NCBI GenBank assembly: GCA_965242525.1 | Contig: OZ251459.1 | Coordinates: 2,137,515-2,201,514 of the forward strand | DNA length: 64,000 nucleotides | Direction of reading: 5' to 3' | DNA from: an uncultured Candidatus Binatia bacterium | GTDB taxonomy: Bacteria > Desulfobacterota > Binatia > UBA9968 > JAJDTQ01 | In this document: piece by piece, positions 62,164 through 64,000 of the stretch | Layout: each line of letters opens with the position of its first letter | How positions within the stretch are numbered: the first letter of the stretch is position 1 | Position numbers and translations under genes: made by a program | Notes under the pieces: model-generated | Seen by the model: the letters and a program-made list of their open reading frames with translations, nothing else | The model's database searches: none | What the model was told of the DNA's origin: nothing

Positions 62164-62205
62164 CCCGTTCGTCCTGAGCGAAGCGAAGCGAAGTCGAAGG
62201 ACGCG
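62164..62205 (-). repeat. Isolated core of the MITE-like family (inverted orientation)
   Basis: CCCGTTCGTCCTGAGCGAAGCGAAGCGAAGTCGAAGGACGCG. Confidence 0.5.
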
Positions 62206-62242
62206 CTTTCCCAAGGGAGAGCCGGCATTGAACGGACGTTCC

Positions 62243-62452
62243 ATGAACACCAAGACCGCGATCCTGTCCATCGACGGCCTGACCCCCGACACCGCAGCCG
62301 AGCTGTCGAAGACGCTCCGGGATGTCACGGGCGTCACCGAAGTCGATTTCTCGCTGGAACGAAAGGTAGTCGTGGTGGAGTTCGACCCGGAGGCCGCAAG
62401 CGTGGACGGGCTCACGCGCGTGGTCCTGTCCAACGGCTACAAGGTCCTCTGA
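62243..62452 (+). CDS. Small HMA-fold-like protein lacking the CxxC metal site
   Basis: 69 aa. AILSIDGLTPDTAAELSKTLRDVTGVTEVDFSLERKVVVVEFD follows the ferredoxin-like HMA pattern, but the usual GMTCxxC is replaced by GLTPDTA. Confidence 0.45.
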   Translation: MNTKTAILSIDGLTPDTAAELSKTLRDVTGVTEVDFSLERKVVVVEFDPEAASVDGLTRVVLSNGYKVL

Positions 62453-62515
62453 CCCGCGGGGGTGAAACTCCCGTCCACGAGATGCGGACGGGGCCTTCGC
62501 CGTCTCGTTGGCCGG

Positions 62516-64000
62516 CTACTTGGTCACGTTGCGGTAATAGACCTGGTCGAAGTTCGAGCCGGCCACGAACCCCCGGACGTTGCGGCGGCGCGCGAACTGC
62601 TCGCTCTGCTGGAACATGACCACGTAGGGTCCCTCGGTCTGGAGACGCTCCTGTAGTTGCAGGTAGAGCTGCCTGCGCTTGGCCGGATCCATCTCGTCGC
62701 GGGCCTGCACCACCATGGCGTTCAGGTCGTCCTGCGCCCATGCGTTGCGCCATGCGAGCACGCCGGTGAGCCCGGCCTCGGGGCGGTTGTCCGGGTTGTG
62801 CGCGAAGGAGTCCGCGTTGGAGTGCGGGTCCACGTAGTCCGGCGACCAGTGGGCCAGGATCAACTCGTGCTTGCGCCCCCGGTACCTGGGCCACAGGACC
62901 TTGCCTTCCCGGGCCACGACCCGGGCCTTGACGCCGACCCGCGCGAGGGTCGCCTGGACCGACCGCGCGATCAGTGGGAACGGCGGCGTGGTGAGGGTAT
63001 CGATGCGCACTTCGAACCCGTCGCCGTGGCCTGCCTCGGCCAGCAGCGACTTGGCTTTCTCCACGTCGAGCCGGTACGGCGTCCCGGTATAGGCCGCCCA
63101 CAGCCCCCTGGGCCAGAACGCCTGGTGCACCATGAACTGGCCCGCCAGGAAGGACTCCGCCATGCCCCGGTAGTCCACCGCGTGCCGCAGGGCCTGCACC
63201 ACCTTGGCCTTGCCGAGGATCGGGTGCGATGCGTTGGCCGCCATATAGACCACCGTGCCGGTGGGAGAGCCGTCGATGGCCACGTCCGGGCGGCCCTCCA
63301 CGGCCTTGATCTGGTCGGAGGTGAGGTTGCGCGCCAAGTCGATGTCGCCCTGCTCCAGCATCCGCCTCTGGGCGGAGGACTCGGGCACGTGGCGCAGGAC
63401 CACGCGCCGGGTCCCCGGAGGTCCCCGGCGGTAGTCGGGGTTGGCTTCGAGCGCCACCGACTCGTTGGCGGTCCAGCTATCGAGCCGGAACGGACCGGAG
63501 CCCGCGCTGTGGGACTTCAGCCACTCGTGGCCCAGGTCCCCGTCCTTCTCGTGGGCGAGCGCGAGTCGTTTGTCCACCACCGAGCCGACGCCGGCCGAGA
63601 GCACGTTCAACACGAGACCCGGGGAGAAGTCCTCCACGATGGTGACGCGCACGCGGCGTTGGTCCACCACCTGGACCAGGTCCTCTACGTTGTCCGCGTT
63701 CCAGCCCAACTGGGTGAGGATGAAGGCCGGGGTCTTGTCGAGTTTCACCACCCGCTCCAGGGAGAACTCCACGTCCTCGGGACGCACCGGGTTGCCGGAG
63801 TGGAACCTGAGACCCTGCCGGATCCGGAAGGTGACGGTCTTGCCGTCGGCGCTCACCGTGTGGCTCTCGGCGACGCCGCCCACGAGCCTGTCCGGGGCCT
63901 CGGGCTCGAACGTCATGATGCGGTCGTAGATGTTGGCCAGGAGCTCGCCGGCGGTGAACTCGAAGGCTTCGGCCGGGTCCAGGGTAACCATGTCGGCCAT
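62516..64000 (-). CDS. ABC transporter substrate-binding protein, family 5 (N-terminus outside window)
   Basis: LDPAEAFEFTAGELLANIYDRIMTF...KTVTFRIRQGLRFHSGNPVRPEDV are family-5 motifs. No signal peptide is present, so the gene runs off the window edge. Confidence 0.8.
   Translation of the reverse strand: MADMVTLDPAEAFEFTAGELLANIYDRIMTFEPEAPDRLVGGVAESHTVSADGKTVTFRIRQGLRFHSGNPVRPEDVEFSLERVVKLDKTPAFILTQLGWNADNVEDLVQVVDQRRVRVTIVEDFSPGLVLNVLSAGVGSVVDKRLALAHEKDGDLGHEWLKSHSAGSGPFRLDSWTANESVALEANPDYRRGPPGTRRVVLRHVPESSAQRRMLEQGDIDLARNLTSDQIKAVEGRPDVAIDGSPTGTVVYMAANASHPILGKAKVVQALRHAVDYRGMAESFLAGQFMVHQAFWPRGLWAAYTGTPYRLDVEKAKSLLAEAGHGDGFEVRIDTLTTPPFPLIARSVQATLARVGVKARVVAREGKVLWPRYRGRKHELILAHWSPDYVDPHSNADSFAHNPDNRPEAGLTGVLAWRNAWAQDDLNAMVVQARDEMDPAKRRQLYLQLQERLQTEGPYVVMFQQSEQFARRRNVRGFVAGSNFDQVYYRNVTK

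Overview
This is a high-GC bacterial chromosome segment; hand-counted 60-nt lines in core genes gave 36/60 to 45/60 GC. The organism is Gram-negative by gene content (Lpt, Kdo and sigma-54 genes). I have no database access, so it cannot be named. Core gene blocks: (1) gatB (5' partial), convergent with argJ-secA. (2) moaA, an ornithine-cyclodeaminase-family gene and a molybdopterin-binding-domain gene. (3) korAB, a CBS-domain protein and hemW. (4) An ~11-kb co-directional minus-strand array: kdsB-pyrG-kdsA-kdsD-lptC-lptA-lptB-rpoN-ptsN-ptsH-metK-ahcY. (5) A coxM/S/L-like molybdoenzyme plus a crotonase. (6) A peptide-type ABC importer. (7) A redox cluster: thioredoxin-TPR, OsmC-like, hemerythrin-like and HMA-like proteins. 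(8) A second substrate-binding protein cut by the window end. Two accessory regions stand out. Region 1 (about 11.96-19.2 kb) has sharply lower GC (26/60 and 30/60 on sampled lines). It is a six-gene operon with overlapping stop/start junctions: ParB-like, minimal PD-(D/E)XK, SNF2 ATPase, a second paralogous ParB-like, B12-binding-like radical SAM, and GHKL/MORC-like ATPase. A convergent DNA methyltransferase abuts it. I could not map this combination onto any named defence or modification system I know, and it is my top candidate for an undescribed system. Region 2 (about 43.5-55.5 kb) is a mosaic defence island with these parts: a DUF433/DUF5615 toxin-antitoxin pair; an ABC-type ATPase plus PIN-like pair; a Schlafen/AlbA_2 protein; an AbrB antitoxin whose vapC partner appears replaced by an orphan hsdS; a decayed SDH-family protease; an ABC-type ATPase plus DUF4276/Toprim-like pair; and an AAA+PD-(D/E)XK protein. 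Other notable signals are an OsmC-like gene with an in-frame TGA at the catalytic Cys position followed by a SECIS-like hairpin (candidate selenoprotein), a family of MITE-like intergenic elements with ~23-bp terminal inverted repeats, and a ~280-aa insertion in SecA. All family assignments come from motif recognition by eye. None has been confirmed by search.
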